NCBI GenBank assembly: GCA_003660975.1
Contig: QMVG01000002.1
Span: 1-64,000 of the forward strand
Reading direction: 5' to 3'
DNA: 64,000 nucleotides
Source: Candidatus Micrarchaeota archaeon
GTDB taxonomy: Archaea; B1Sed10-29; B47-G15
In this document: positions 7,251 to 15,816 of the stretch, one piece after another
Layout of the letters: the number at the start of each line of letters is the position of its first letter
Numbering within the stretch: the first letter of the stretch is position 1
The notes under the pieces: model-generated
Database searches by the model: none
What the model was told of the DNA's origin: nothing
The model's input: only the letters and a program-made list of their open reading frames with translations
Program-made: the position numbers and the translations under genes

Positions 7251-7916
7251 TCACTCCAGATCGCTGATTTTTCCAAGATATAAACCATCTAATAAATATA
7301 ATTCTGCCTTATCTTCCTTTATCAATCTCTTTATAGGGCCTAGGAAACCTTCTCTAACGTCTGTTCCCCCCAATAGCGGATTAAATGCAGGCATTATTAC
7401 TATTTCAGGTTTCCCCTTTTGCAACACCCAGACCCTACGGACAGTCCTTCCACCTAACTTGTCTTCAAAATGAAGCACTGGGTGGCTGTGAGCTAAGACC
7501 ACTTTTTCGTAATTTTCAATTTTTTCAACCAAGCTGTGGCCGTGGATGAATAACGTGGCGTCTTTCTTGTAGCTCTTGACTACAGGCTGTTTAATGAAGT
7601 TCTCAATACCTCCATCATGATTTCCCTTTACGATGGTGAGCTTTGCGATCTCTGATAGATTGTTTAGAAAGAGGCGAATCTCTTCTTTCTCATAATCCTT
7701 TAAAGCAAATAACTTATCCTTCACATCACCCAGGATTAACAGCTCTTTGGCCCTATTCCTCTTAATAAGCTCTCTAATCTTTTCCAGCAAAAGCTCACTT
7801 TGCTCCGGGAGCTTAATGCCGTCCTTCTCCAAGCTCCTTTCAATACCTAAGTGTAGCTCTGCAATTACAAGCATTCTCCCAAACAGAAGAGCTGCCTCAT
7901 TTTTTATGAATTTCAT
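7251..7916 (-). CDS. Calcineurin-like metallophosphoesterase (COG1407-like)
   Basis: IAELHLG, LGDVK, KGNHD, HGH, AHSHP, MPAFN. Confidence 0.88.
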   Translation of the reverse strand: MKFIKNEAALLFGRMLVIAELHLGIERSLEKDGIKLPEQSELLLEKIRELIKRNRAKELLILGDVKDKLFALKDYEKEEIRLFLNNLSEIAKLTIVKGNHDGGIENFIKQPVVKSYKKDATLFIHGHSLVEKIENYEKVVLAHSHPVLHFEDKLGGRTVRRVWVLQKGKPEIVIMPAFNPLLGGTDVREGFLGPIKRLIKEDKAELYLLDGLYLGKISDLE

Positions 7917-7966
7917 AATACTGTTTTACGCAAGATATTTTATATCAATTCCTACAAAATAAACAC

Positions 7967-8347
7967 ATGTCAAAGCTTTTGCTGTTCTTTTCGCTTTTAT
8001 TCCTGCTAATCATTCTGGCAGGCTGTGGTAGGCAGGAAGCAGTGAATGAAAAAATAGAGTCTCTTATACCCCCTTCCTGGCATATCTCATACTACAAAGA
8101 AGCAGGTGAAGAACCATATGGTTGGACAGGTCATGGCAGTTGTGCATATGTGAGATTAGAGAACGAGAGCAACGCATACGTTGAGCTTTGGTTTTGCCCA
8201 CCATCATGGCGCGCTGTAAAGGATGACCTTGTGCCATGGCCTATAAGCGCTGAAAAAGTAAAGCAAGGCAAGAATTATGATATATATCTCTACGCAGTGG
8301 ACAAGCAAGTAGGTTTCATAAAAACCCTATTAGATGCATTCAAATAA
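7967..8347 (+). CDS. Hypothetical lipoprotein
   Basis: Hydrophobic signal ending in lipobox LAGC. Confidence 0.7.
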   Translation: MSKLLLFFSLLFLLIILAGCGRQEAVNEKIESLIPPSWHISYYKEAGEEPYGWTGHGSCAYVRLENESNAYVELWFCPPSWRAVKDDLVPWPISAEKVKQGKNYDIYLYAVDKQVGFIKTLLDAFK

Positions 8348-8597
8348 GGAAAGCAGCTGTTTTTGCTATCATCCTGCTGATAGCGTTCATCTCATCCAGT
8401 CTCTGTATATAACTATAGCTTATTGCCATGGCCAACACTAAGAGAATAATAAGCACCACTAAAGCTATCAATATCATAAGGTTCAATTTGTTTTGTTTCA
8501 TCATCAAATATTGTGAATAACCGAGCTTGTACTGACCTTCCTTATCACTCCAAACCATTATTACTTCTTTGTCTTTTTTTGCCATATGCCTCACCAA
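8340..8597 (-). CDS. Hypothetical single-TM membrane protein
   Basis: Clean ORF with one long hydrophobic helix. Confidence 0.6.
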   Translation of the reverse strand: MVRHMAKKDKEVIMVWSDKEGQYKLGYSQYLMMKQNKLNLMILIALVVLIILLVLAMAISYSYIQRLDEMNAISRMIAKTAAFLI

Positions 8598-8709
8598 AAC
8601 AAGGTATTTATATTTTGTAATAAAGCTTTTTTAATGCTTGTGGTTATGAAGGCAAAGCTTTAAAAAGCAGCTGTTTCACAAATATTACAGCTCTTTTTAG
8701 GCGATCCAT

Positions 8710-8940
8710 ATGCTGACACGTTTTGAGAAGGCAAGAGTAATTGGTGCCAGAGCCCTTCAGATAAGTATGGGAGCTCCAGTGCTTGTGAAGGTTCCCAAGG
8801 GCGTTAAGGACCCTCTGAAAGTAGTTTTGGCAGAGCTGAGAGCAGGTGCAATTCCACTGACTGTTGTAAGGAAATTGCCAAATGGCGACACAATAATGAT
8901 AGACATCAAAGGTGAGGATTTTGGGGAAGCAGAGATCTAA
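8710..8940 (+). CDS. rpoK: RNA polymerase subunit Rpo6/K
   Basis: [22 protein letters not shown]...[10 protein letters not shown]. Confidence 0.97.
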   Translation: MLTRFEKARVIGARALQISMGAPVLVKVPKGVKDPLKVVLAELRAGAIPLTVVRKLPNGDTIMIDIKGEDFGEAEI

Positions 8941-9121
8941 GATAATTACACGTGCTGTAAGACAACTCTATGAGCATTTGCCAGATAAGTTTAAGGCTGA
9001 TTTTGAGTACAATAAGAAGGTTATGAAAGAGATGAATATATTTAGTGAGTCAAAAGTTAAGAGAAATATAGCAGCAGGTTATATGGCAAGGCTCATTAAA
9101 AAGGGACCCTCAGTCAAGTAA
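8921..9121 (+). CDS. rps17e: 30S ribosomal protein eS17
   Basis: MGKQRSK...[11 protein letters not shown]...[11 protein letters not shown]; TTG start after GGTGA RBS. Confidence 0.9.
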   Translation: MGKQRSKIITRAVRQLYEHLPDKFKADFEYNKKVMKEMNIFSESKVKRNIAAGYMARLIKKGPSVK

Positions 9122-11359
9122 AATTTTAGTAGCGCCATTTTCCTCCTTGTCTCTATCAAGCATATAGAGAGAAGCAGTCGCTGCTTCTTTTAACTCCTCT
9201 TCGTGAGTTATTACGAATATTTGTTCTACGAGACCAGAAAAGCCCTCTCTCAGCGTTTGGGCCAGTTCCCTTATTGCTTGTCTGTCGAGGTTATGCGTTG
9301 GTTCATCCAGCACTAACCAGGATAGATTTCCTGCCAGCACAGACGCAAGGGCAATTCTGAGGCAGAGGCAGGCAGTGGTCCTCTCCCCGCCACTACTTAT
9401 TCCCTCCACGTTTATCCATTCTCCATTGCGTTCTAATTGCAGGATGTAATCCCCTGCATCATCTATGCCTAACCTAAGAGAAGTAAAATCAGCATATGGG
9501 TAAATCTTTTTCCAGAAGTGCTTTAATGCTTCATTCGTCTCATTGGTAAATTTCTCTCTTATGATGCCCTGTGTTTTTGACAGGACATTTGACAGGATAT
9601 CAAATGATTCAATCATCTCATCAAGGAAACTCAACTCTTCCCTTCCTTTTTCAACTTCCTTCCTTATTTTCTCTAGCTCTTGGAGCATTTCCTTCCTGTC
9701 TTCTATTTGTTTGACGAGCGAGCTATTTTCTACATTCAGTGCAGTTAATTTTGTTTCCAGCTCCTTAATCTTGTTATATACCTCCTCTTCAACTTCCTTA
9801 CTGTATTTCACTTTCTTTAATTCATCGTTGAGTTGCCTCAACTCATTTTCAGTTTTTATAAGCATTTTTTGATTTTCATAGAATTCCAGGGCTTTGACCA
9901 GGGATTCTCGCCTCTCTTTGAGTTCTTCAATACCCCTTCCTTTACTTATCACATTAAACTCTTGCTTTAATTTCTGAATCTCAGTTTCATAGCCACTCAA
10001 TTCTTCCTCAGCCTCTGCCAATTGTTTTACAAGCAACTCTTTCTTGTCCTGCCTTCTTCTTTCCTGTTCCAAATCATTTACTTTCTTTTCTAAACTTTTT
10101 CTTTTGTCCTTAGCTACTTCAATCTTTACTTTTATTTCTTTTAGTCTACCTTCGTTTTCCTCAATTCTTTTTCTCTTTTCCTTTGCCAACTCGTTTGCTT
10201 TTTCAACACTTAGCTCAGCCCCACAAACAGGGCATTTTTCTTCGGCGTGCATTAGCTTTTGTATGTTTTCCTCTAATTCACTATTTTCCTTTGAAAGTAA
10301 AACATAGCTGCTCTCAAGTTCAGCGATTTCTTTTTCAACAACCGATATCTCCTTTTTGAGCTCTTCGAGTTCGGCATCCACATCTATGCTTGGAATCCTT
10401 TCTATCTCAGATTTGAGCTCAAACTTTTTAAGCTCGGCCTTTTTCCTAACTTCCATCTTACCCTTTAATTCTGCTTTCAATTCCTCTAACTGTTTTACCG
10501 CTTCCTCAACTTCCTGCACTTCTTTCCTTAACTCCTCTTCACTTTTTTCCGGTTTTTCCCTGAGCCTTTCTCTTATTGCTTCCAAAGCGCCTTGTTTGTT
10601 GGATATTGCGTCTTTTAACCTCTCATATAGCTCTCTATTCAAGCTTATCTCTTCTTGCTTCTTTTTGTGTTCATTTAACTTAAGCTGTAATTCAGAAATC
10701 TGCTTTTCATTTTGCTCGAAACGGTTTTTTAATTCCATTATTTCATTTTTGATTTTAGGAATTTTCTCTAAATCTTCACTGTATTTCTCTAGTTCTCTTC
10801 TGCTTTCCTTTTTTACCTTTAGATTTCTGATCAAAACATTTAGGTTTTTTCTTGCCACCTCAAATTTGTTTATGTTAAGCAATTCATCTATCTTTTCTCT
10901 GCGTTTGCCCTTTGGGATATCTAAAAAGTACTCTAAATTGTTCTGTTCAGAATACACTGCTTTAGTGAACATATCATAGCTCATTCCTAAAATTTTTACT
11001 ATGTTTTCTGTCACTCTCTTTGTTTGCGGGGCCTCTATTATTGTACTTCCTTTTTTCAACTCACTGTATGTGTTTCCTTTTCCCCTCTCAATGATACGCT
11101 TTATTTGATACTCATCACCGTCTTTTTCAAAGAGAAGCAGCACTTTTGCCTTATTTTCCCCGTATCTGATAACATCGTCCAATTTCAACTTTTTCTGCTG
11201 TAAGCTTGGGTATGTTCCGTATAAGGCATAACACAGAGCATCCATTGCAGAACTTTTTCCAGCGCCCATTCTGCCTACTATCACATTTGTGCCTTTCTTA
11301 AAATCAAAAACAGTTCTTGCGTGTGAACGCCAATTTTCAAGTTCTAACCTTTTAATCAT
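9110..11359 (-). CDS. rad50: Rad50/SMC-like ATPase with zinc hook
   Basis: Walker A GRMGAGKS, long coiled coil with central CPVC, SSGGE signature, LDEPTHNLD, ITH. Confidence 0.85.
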   Translation of the reverse strand: MIKRLELENWRSHARTVFDFKKGTNVIVGRMGAGKSSAMDALCYALYGTYPSLQQKKLKLDDVIRYGENKAKVLLLFEKDGDEYQIKRIIERGKGNTYSELKKGSTIIEAPQTKRVTENIVKILGMSYDMFTKAVYSEQNNLEYFLDIPKGKRREKIDELLNINKFEVARKNLNVLIRNLKVKKESRRELEKYSEDLEKIPKIKNEIMELKNRFEQNEKQISELQLKLNEHKKKQEEISLNRELYERLKDAISNKQGALEAIRERLREKPEKSEEELRKEVQEVEEAVKQLEELKAELKGKMEVRKKAELKKFELKSEIERIPSIDVDAELEELKKEISVVEKEIAELESSYVLLSKENSELEENIQKLMHAEEKCPVCGAELSVEKANELAKEKRKRIEENEGRLKEIKVKIEVAKDKRKSLEKKVNDLEQERRRQDKKELLVKQLAEAEEELSGYETEIQKLKQEFNVISKGRGIEELKERRESLVKALEFYENQKMLIKTENELRQLNDELKKVKYSKEVEEEVYNKIKELETKLTALNVENSSLVKQIEDRKEMLQELEKIRKEVEKGREELSFLDEMIESFDILSNVLSKTQGIIREKFTNETNEALKHFWKKIYPYADFTSLRLGIDDAGDYILQLERNGEWINVEGISSGGERTTACLCLRIALASVLAGNLSWLVLDEPTHNLDRQAIRELAQTLREGFSGLVEQIFVITHEEELKEAATASLYMLDRDKEENGATKILLD

Positions 11360-11367
11360 GAAAATAA

Positions 11368-11964
11368 TTATGTATTAACTCTTTTACTAACCTTTTGCTT
11401 TGCTATCTGCTTGGCCAATCTTCTTTCAGATATCTCACCATAGAGCCACGATAGACCCGCGAGTATTAGAAAGAAAAATACGAAAAAGTTTGGATTCACC
11501 ACAGTGCTTGCCTTTTCCATCAGAAATATCCAAAAAAGCAGTCCTAAAACATTTCCAACAGCGATGCTCTTATATGCTTGGTTCCTTGGCAGTTTAAAAG
11601 AGTAAGCGAAAACAGCTGCCCATAAAAAACCCATTGAGAAAGCCATGAAAACAGTTGCCACATTATGCCCCAGATAACCCCACTTTTTTTGAAAGACCTT
11701 GAGCAGCTGTTCAGGAGCCTTTTTTGCCTTCCTGAATTCTCTTTCCCCTATACTTGAAAACAGAGAAAGAATTTTGTTCTCTGCCTTTTTTACATAATCT
11801 ACCTTGCTTAAGAATATGAAAAGCAACGGCAACGGAGCAGTGTAGCAAGTAAAGAGGAATGCAAAGGTGAGCTCCTTAGACCAAAATTGTATTGCATAGG
11901 GCACAGCTGTAGCAGGGCCCAATGTATAAGTTAGCAGGAACATGTAAAGCAAATTTATAGGCAT
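11368..11964 (-). CDS. Hypothetical multi-TM membrane protein
   Basis: 4-5 hydrophobic segments. Confidence 0.65.
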   Translation of the reverse strand: MPINLLYMFLLTYTLGPATAVPYAIQFWSKELTFAFLFTCYTAPLPLLFIFLSKVDYVKKAENKILSLFSSIGEREFRKAKKAPEQLLKVFQKKWGYLGHNVATVFMAFSMGFLWAAVFAYSFKLPRNQAYKSIAVGNVLGLLFWIFLMEKASTVVNPNFFVFFFLILAGLSWLYGEISERRLAKQIAKQKVSKRVNT

Positions 11965-11997
11965 AAGACTTTATTGTTGTTTTTACAATAAAAAGGC

Positions 11998-12420
11998 ATG
12001 CGATTCATTGCAGATGCCATGCTCGGCAAGATGGGCAGATGGCTGAGAATGTTAGGTTATGACACAATAATATGCAACAACAAAATTTCTGATGATGAGA
12101 TAGAGAGAATAGCCAAAAAGGAAGGGCGCATTATTTTGAGCAGGGATAAACATATACATGGATATTATGTGGAGAGCGATGACTTTAAGGAACAGCTGAG
12201 ACAGGTGTTTAAGGAATTCAACCTTAAAGCAAGATTTCCAGAAGCTTCAAGGTGTAGTAATTGTAATGGTAGATTGATAAAAGTAAAAAGAGAAGAAGTG
12301 AATGTGCCTCCTTCTGTAAAGAGCGAGGTCTTTTTTCAATGTGAAAACTGTGGCCAAGTTTATTGGAAAGGCTCTCATTGGAAAAGAATAAAGGAAGTCA
12401 TTGACTATATAAGCTCTTAG
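11998..12420 (+). CDS. Mut7-C RNase domain protein (DUF82)
   Basis: FIADAMLGKMGRWLRMLGYD...ILSRD...RCSNCN...CENCGQVYWKGSH. Confidence 0.93.
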   Translation: MRFIADAMLGKMGRWLRMLGYDTIICNNKISDDEIERIAKKEGRIILSRDKHIHGYYVESDDFKEQLRQVFKEFNLKARFPEASRCSNCNGRLIKVKREEVNVPPSVKSEVFFQCENCGQVYWKGSHWKRIKEVIDYISS

Positions 12421-12671
12421 CTTATTAGCGTGACATCAAGGCTTTCCATTTCTCTTACTCCGGCAAGAGACCTTATCTTTTCCTCTGTTTCCTCCGGCTT
12501 ATCTTTCTTGTCGTCAAAGAGGATGCCAACCTTTATCACTTCAAGGCCAAATGCAATTGGCTCTCTTTGCACGCTTTTTACTTTATCTATCTTACTTATT
12601 TCGTCCACAAGCTGCGCTAAATCTGCATTTTCTTCAGGATATATTCTATACACTGCCATTGCCATTCCCAT
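12417..12671 (-). CDS. ef1b: Translation elongation factor aEF-1beta
   Basis: YRIYPE...REPIAFGLE...EEKIRSLAGV. Confidence 0.9.
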   Translation of the reverse strand: MGMAMAVYRIYPEENADLAQLVDEISKIDKVKSVQREPIAFGLEVIKVGILFDDKKDKPEETEEKIRSLAGVREMESLDVTLIS

Positions 12672-12679
12672 AACAACAC

Positions 12680-12835
12680 CTACGGACCAACAAAGCCACA
12701 AACAGGGCACGTGTACGGAACAACAGTTCTCTTACAGAGATCACACCTTACTATCTCTGCCTTGCCGCAGTTTGGACATTTGAACTTTACATAGTTGTCT
12801 GTAACTTCCCTGTTGCACGATGTACATCTTATCAT
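12680..12835 (-). CDS. Zn-ribbon protein, DUF1610/HVO_2753 family (51 aa; not in ORF track)
   Basis: Hand translation MIRCTSCNREVTDNYVKFKCPNCGKAEIVRCDLCKRTVVPYTCPVCGFVGP; usual position upstream of EF-1beta; RBS GAGGTG. Confidence 0.92.
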   Translation of the reverse strand: MIRCTSCNREVTDNYVKFKCPNCGKAEIVRCDLCKRTVVPYTCPVCGFVGP

Positions 12836-12876
12836 AATTCCACCTCAAAAAGAAGCACTATTATTTCACATAGTCT

Positions 12877-12888
12877 TGTTTATAAACA
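12877..12888. promoter_or_regulatory. Palindromic bidirectional TATA box
   Basis: TGTTTATAAACA, about 26 nt from tRNA-Arg start and serving the divergent Zn-ribbon gene. Confidence 0.6.
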
Positions 12889-12911
12889 TTTTGGCACATA
12901 AACTTTACTAT

Positions 12912-12983
12912 GCCCCTGTAGTTTAGCGGATAGAACGCAGGCTTGCGGAGCCTGTGACCCGAGTTCAAATCTCGGCAGGGGCG
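12912..12983 (+). tRNA. tRNA-Arg (GCG)
   Basis: GCCCCTGTAGTTTAGCGGATAGAACGCAGGC-TTGCGGA-GCCTGTGACCCGAGTTCAAATCTCGGCAGGGGCG. Confidence 0.96.
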
Positions 12984-14261
12984 CTAACCTTTTCTGAAAT
13001 AAAGTTCCATCATCTCCTTATGTTTTAAAACATCTTTTCCTGTTCTTATTTTTGCTTTTTTAGCAAGTTTTTGATAATGTGAAGGAACAACTATGCCTTC
13101 TTTTAATAATTGCCTTATAAATTCTTCTGCCTTCACAAATCTCCTTTTCCTCCAAGCGTAAACCCTGCTTCTGTAAAACCAAAAGTCTGGATTTTTTTCT
13201 ATGAACGCCTTTGTGTTTTTTTCATCCCATATCTCAGGTCCTTTGTGCTTCACAACAGAACTCAACTCATCACTCAATAGTTCCATTAATATAACAGACT
13301 CCTTCTTTTCATCAGTCCAGTAAAAGCTCCTGTAAACCTCAAACTCATTATCCCTTAGTTGTTCTTTTAACATCTTTGCCATCTTTTCAAGCTGTGACCA
13401 AGCAATTTCAGGAACCACATCAGGATATGGCATTGATATACTTATCAATTTCCTTCCTTGAGCCTTCTTCTTCAAATCAATCTTCTCATGTTTCCCAAAA
13501 AACTGTTCTTCGCTTGGATTTTCAAGATAGCTTCTGCAAGCCCATATGAATTTGCTGAGACTTGTCCTATCAACAGCACTGGCGACATTTCTTTCAGGGT
13601 CAACAGGGTCTATCACTATTAAAGGTTCTATGAAGGACCTGGTGTTTTTTCCATGGCCTTCAATATCTATTACTGTCTTCCGCTCCCACCTAGCCGCATT
13701 TTTTAAGAGTTCTTCGAAGCTGCCATAGTGCAATATCAATAGTTCGCAAAGATAGCCAGAGAAGCCATGTGTTTTTTGGTCGGCCCCATAGCAATTTATA
13801 TTTTTTAAAAACTGTTTTAACAGCAGGACCTCTCTTTTGTGTTTCTCTTTTAGCCTTTCCATCAGGTATTCATTGTGGAGAGGTGTCCTATCAACAGCAC
13901 TTTTTATTTTCTGCCCGGGCTTTATCTTATAACAAGGCACGAGCTCCACATAGAAACCCTTTACTTTTCCCTTAACATATGGATGCTCAGCATAGTGTGT
14001 TTCTGTCTTCTTAAAAACCTTTTTTCCCAAATCCTTTATTTTTTTGTCAAGCATCTCTTTTGGCATGTTTGACGGGAAAAATACGAAAATGTCAATGTCT
14101 TTTATAGGTTTTAAAGCAGTCCCTCTGGCCACGCTGCCTACAAGCACAGCTTCGTAGTTCTCCTTGTTCAGCTTCTCAATGATTTTTTTAGCAACTGCCC
14201 TGGCCTTCTCGATTTCCTTCTCAGAAGGTTCTATCTTTTTGATTACCTCTTCAAGCTGCAT
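12984..14261 (-). CDS. cca: Archaeal class I CCA-adding enzyme
   Basis: VGSVARGT..KDIDIF, YAEHPY, SAVDRTPLH, GFSGYLCELL, DPVDPERNVA; start reassigned to ATG 14261. Confidence 0.96.
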   Translation of the reverse strand: MQLEEVIKKIEPSEKEIEKARAVAKKIIEKLNKENYEAVLVGSVARGTALKPIKDIDIFVFFPSNMPKEMLDKKIKDLGKKVFKKTETHYAEHPYVKGKVKGFYVELVPCYKIKPGQKIKSAVDRTPLHNEYLMERLKEKHKREVLLLKQFLKNINCYGADQKTHGFSGYLCELLILHYGSFEELLKNAARWERKTVIDIEGHGKNTRSFIEPLIVIDPVDPERNVASAVDRTSLSKFIWACRSYLENPSEEQFFGKHEKIDLKKKAQGRKLISISMPYPDVVPEIAWSQLEKMAKMLKEQLRDNEFEVYRSFYWTDEKKESVILMELLSDELSSVVKHKGPEIWDEKNTKAFIEKNPDFWFYRSRVYAWRKRRFVKAEEFIRQLLKEGIVVPSHYQKLAKKAKIRTGKDVLKHKEMMELYFRKG

Positions 14262-14295
14262 TAATAATTTATACTTCTGCTTACTATTTAACCTT

Positions 14296-15816
14296 ATGGA
14301 GCTACTTGAAGAGAGAAAGAATGCGAGAATATATCGTTCATCTCCTTGGCACATCTATGAGCTAAAGTTTCCTGACCTGAACAAAGACGAAAAGGAATTT
14401 GTCGAGCTGTTCAGCAGAGCCTTGCTGAAAAAATACTCTGCAAGGGAACTTGAAATACTTTTCATAAAGGACAAAGAAGAGGAAGCCTTTGTGAATAGGA
14501 TATATGAACTACTGTCTCAAATAGGTGACACAAGCATACAAAAGCTCAGCGATGAAAAGGAAGAGGAGATAAGACAGAAAATAAGCCGTTTTGTAAAACA
14601 AAACATCAGCAATTTAGAACATCCATATGAGCTGTCTGATCTGTTATTTCACGAAATTGTAGGTCTCAGCAGAATTGATTACCTCCTAGAAGATGATACT
14701 CTTGAGGAGATTATGATAAATTCCCATAAAAAACCTGTTTTTGTTTATGATAAAAAATATGGTCTATGTAAAACCAACATCCTTTTTGATTCAGCAGAAG
14801 AGCTGCTCGCTTTGGTGGAACGCATTGCCTCATACGTGAATAAAGATTTGAATAAAGATAAGCCACTTCTTGATGCCAGATTGCCTGATGGCTCTAGGGT
14901 GAATGCCACGATTGCACCTGCATCTCCTATGGGAGCCACACTTACTATCAGGAAGTTTGGGAGAAGTTCTCTGAGCATTACTCAGCTTATTAAAAATAAA
15001 ACCATAAGTCCTGTTGCAGCTGCTTTTCTTTGGATGGCAGTTGAGGGTCTATCTATATGTCCTCTTAATATGCTAATTGCAGGAGGCACGAGTAGCGGCA
15101 AGACAACCACCTTAAACGCCCTAACAGTTTTCATTCCAGAGAAAGAAAGAATAATAAGCATTGAAGACACACTGGAATTGAACTTACATGATAGGGAAAA
15201 TTGGGTCCAGTTAGAGGCAAGATACGGTCCTTATGAAAAAGAGCTCAGCTTAAATGATTTATTAAAAAACGCCTTAAGGATGAGAGCTGACAGAATCATA
15301 GTAGGAGAGGTTAGAGGGGAGGAAGCAGAAACTATGTTCACTGCGATGGACATAGGTCAACAAGGTATGATGGGAACCATGCACGCTAACAGCGCCAAGG
15401 AGGCTATAATAAGGCTGCAATCTCCTCCAATGGCTGTGCCTAAAGCAATGTTCTCCTTATTGGACCTCATTGTAATGCAGCATAGAATGAAGCTTCCAGG
15501 ACAAGGGGTGGTTAGAAGGCTTACTGAAATTTGTGAGGTAAGTTTGATGGATGAGCAGGTGCTTCTCAATAACCTCTTCTCCTTTGACCGTCAAGATTTC
15601 TCTTTAAAGAGAACGTCAATACCCTCACAGTCTGTTGAGAAGTGGGCCACTTTGACTGGAAAAACTAAGGCAGATATTAGCAAGGAGATAAGCAACAGAG
15701 CCCGTCTCTTAAATAGCATGGCTGAAAAAGCTATTTTTGACTACCCTGCAATAAGGAAAGTAATTAATGCTTACCTATCAGATCCTTCAAGTGTTTCAGA
15801 TTTAAATCCATCTTAA
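14296..15816 (+). CDS. Orphan type IV pilus/secretion ATPase (CpaF/VirB11/PilB-like)
   Basis: LEEIMIN, LDARLPDGSRVNA, GGTSSGKTT, IEDTLEL, LRMRADRIIVGEVRG, GTMHA; start reassigned to 14296. Confidence 0.93.
   Translation: MELLEERKNARIYRSSPWHIYELKFPDLNKDEKEFVELFSRALLKKYSARELEILFIKDKEEEAFVNRIYELLSQIGDTSIQKLSDEKEEEIRQKISRFVKQNISNLEHPYELSDLLFHEIVGLSRIDYLLEDDTLEEIMINSHKKPVFVYDKKYGLCKTNILFDSAEELLALVERIASYVNKDLNKDKPLLDARLPDGSRVNATIAPASPMGATLTIRKFGRSSLSITQLIKNKTISPVAAAFLWMAVEGLSICPLNMLIAGGTSSGKTTTLNALTVFIPEKERIISIEDTLELNLHDRENWVQLEARYGPYEKELSLNDLLKNALRMRADRIIVGEVRGEEAETMFTAMDIGQQGMMGTMHANSAKEAIIRLQSPPMAVPKAMFSLLDLIVMQHRMKLPGQGVVRRLTEICEVSLMDEQVLLNNLFSFDRQDFSLKRTSIPSQSVEKWATLTGKTKADISKEISNRARLLNSMAEKAIFDYPAIRKVINAYLSDPSSVSDLNPS

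Noticed and set aside
9543-10979. Long Ser/Phe/Leu-rich antisense ORFs (also within dnaG, gatE, tes, cdc48 and others)
   Set aside because: Shadow frames of Glu/Lys-rich coding strands; no motifs or RBS.
14164-14354. Apparent 190-nt head-to-head overlap of cca and the ATPase gene
   Set aside because: Artefact of longest-ORF starts; likely starts are 14261 and 14296, with an AT-rich divergent promoter between them.
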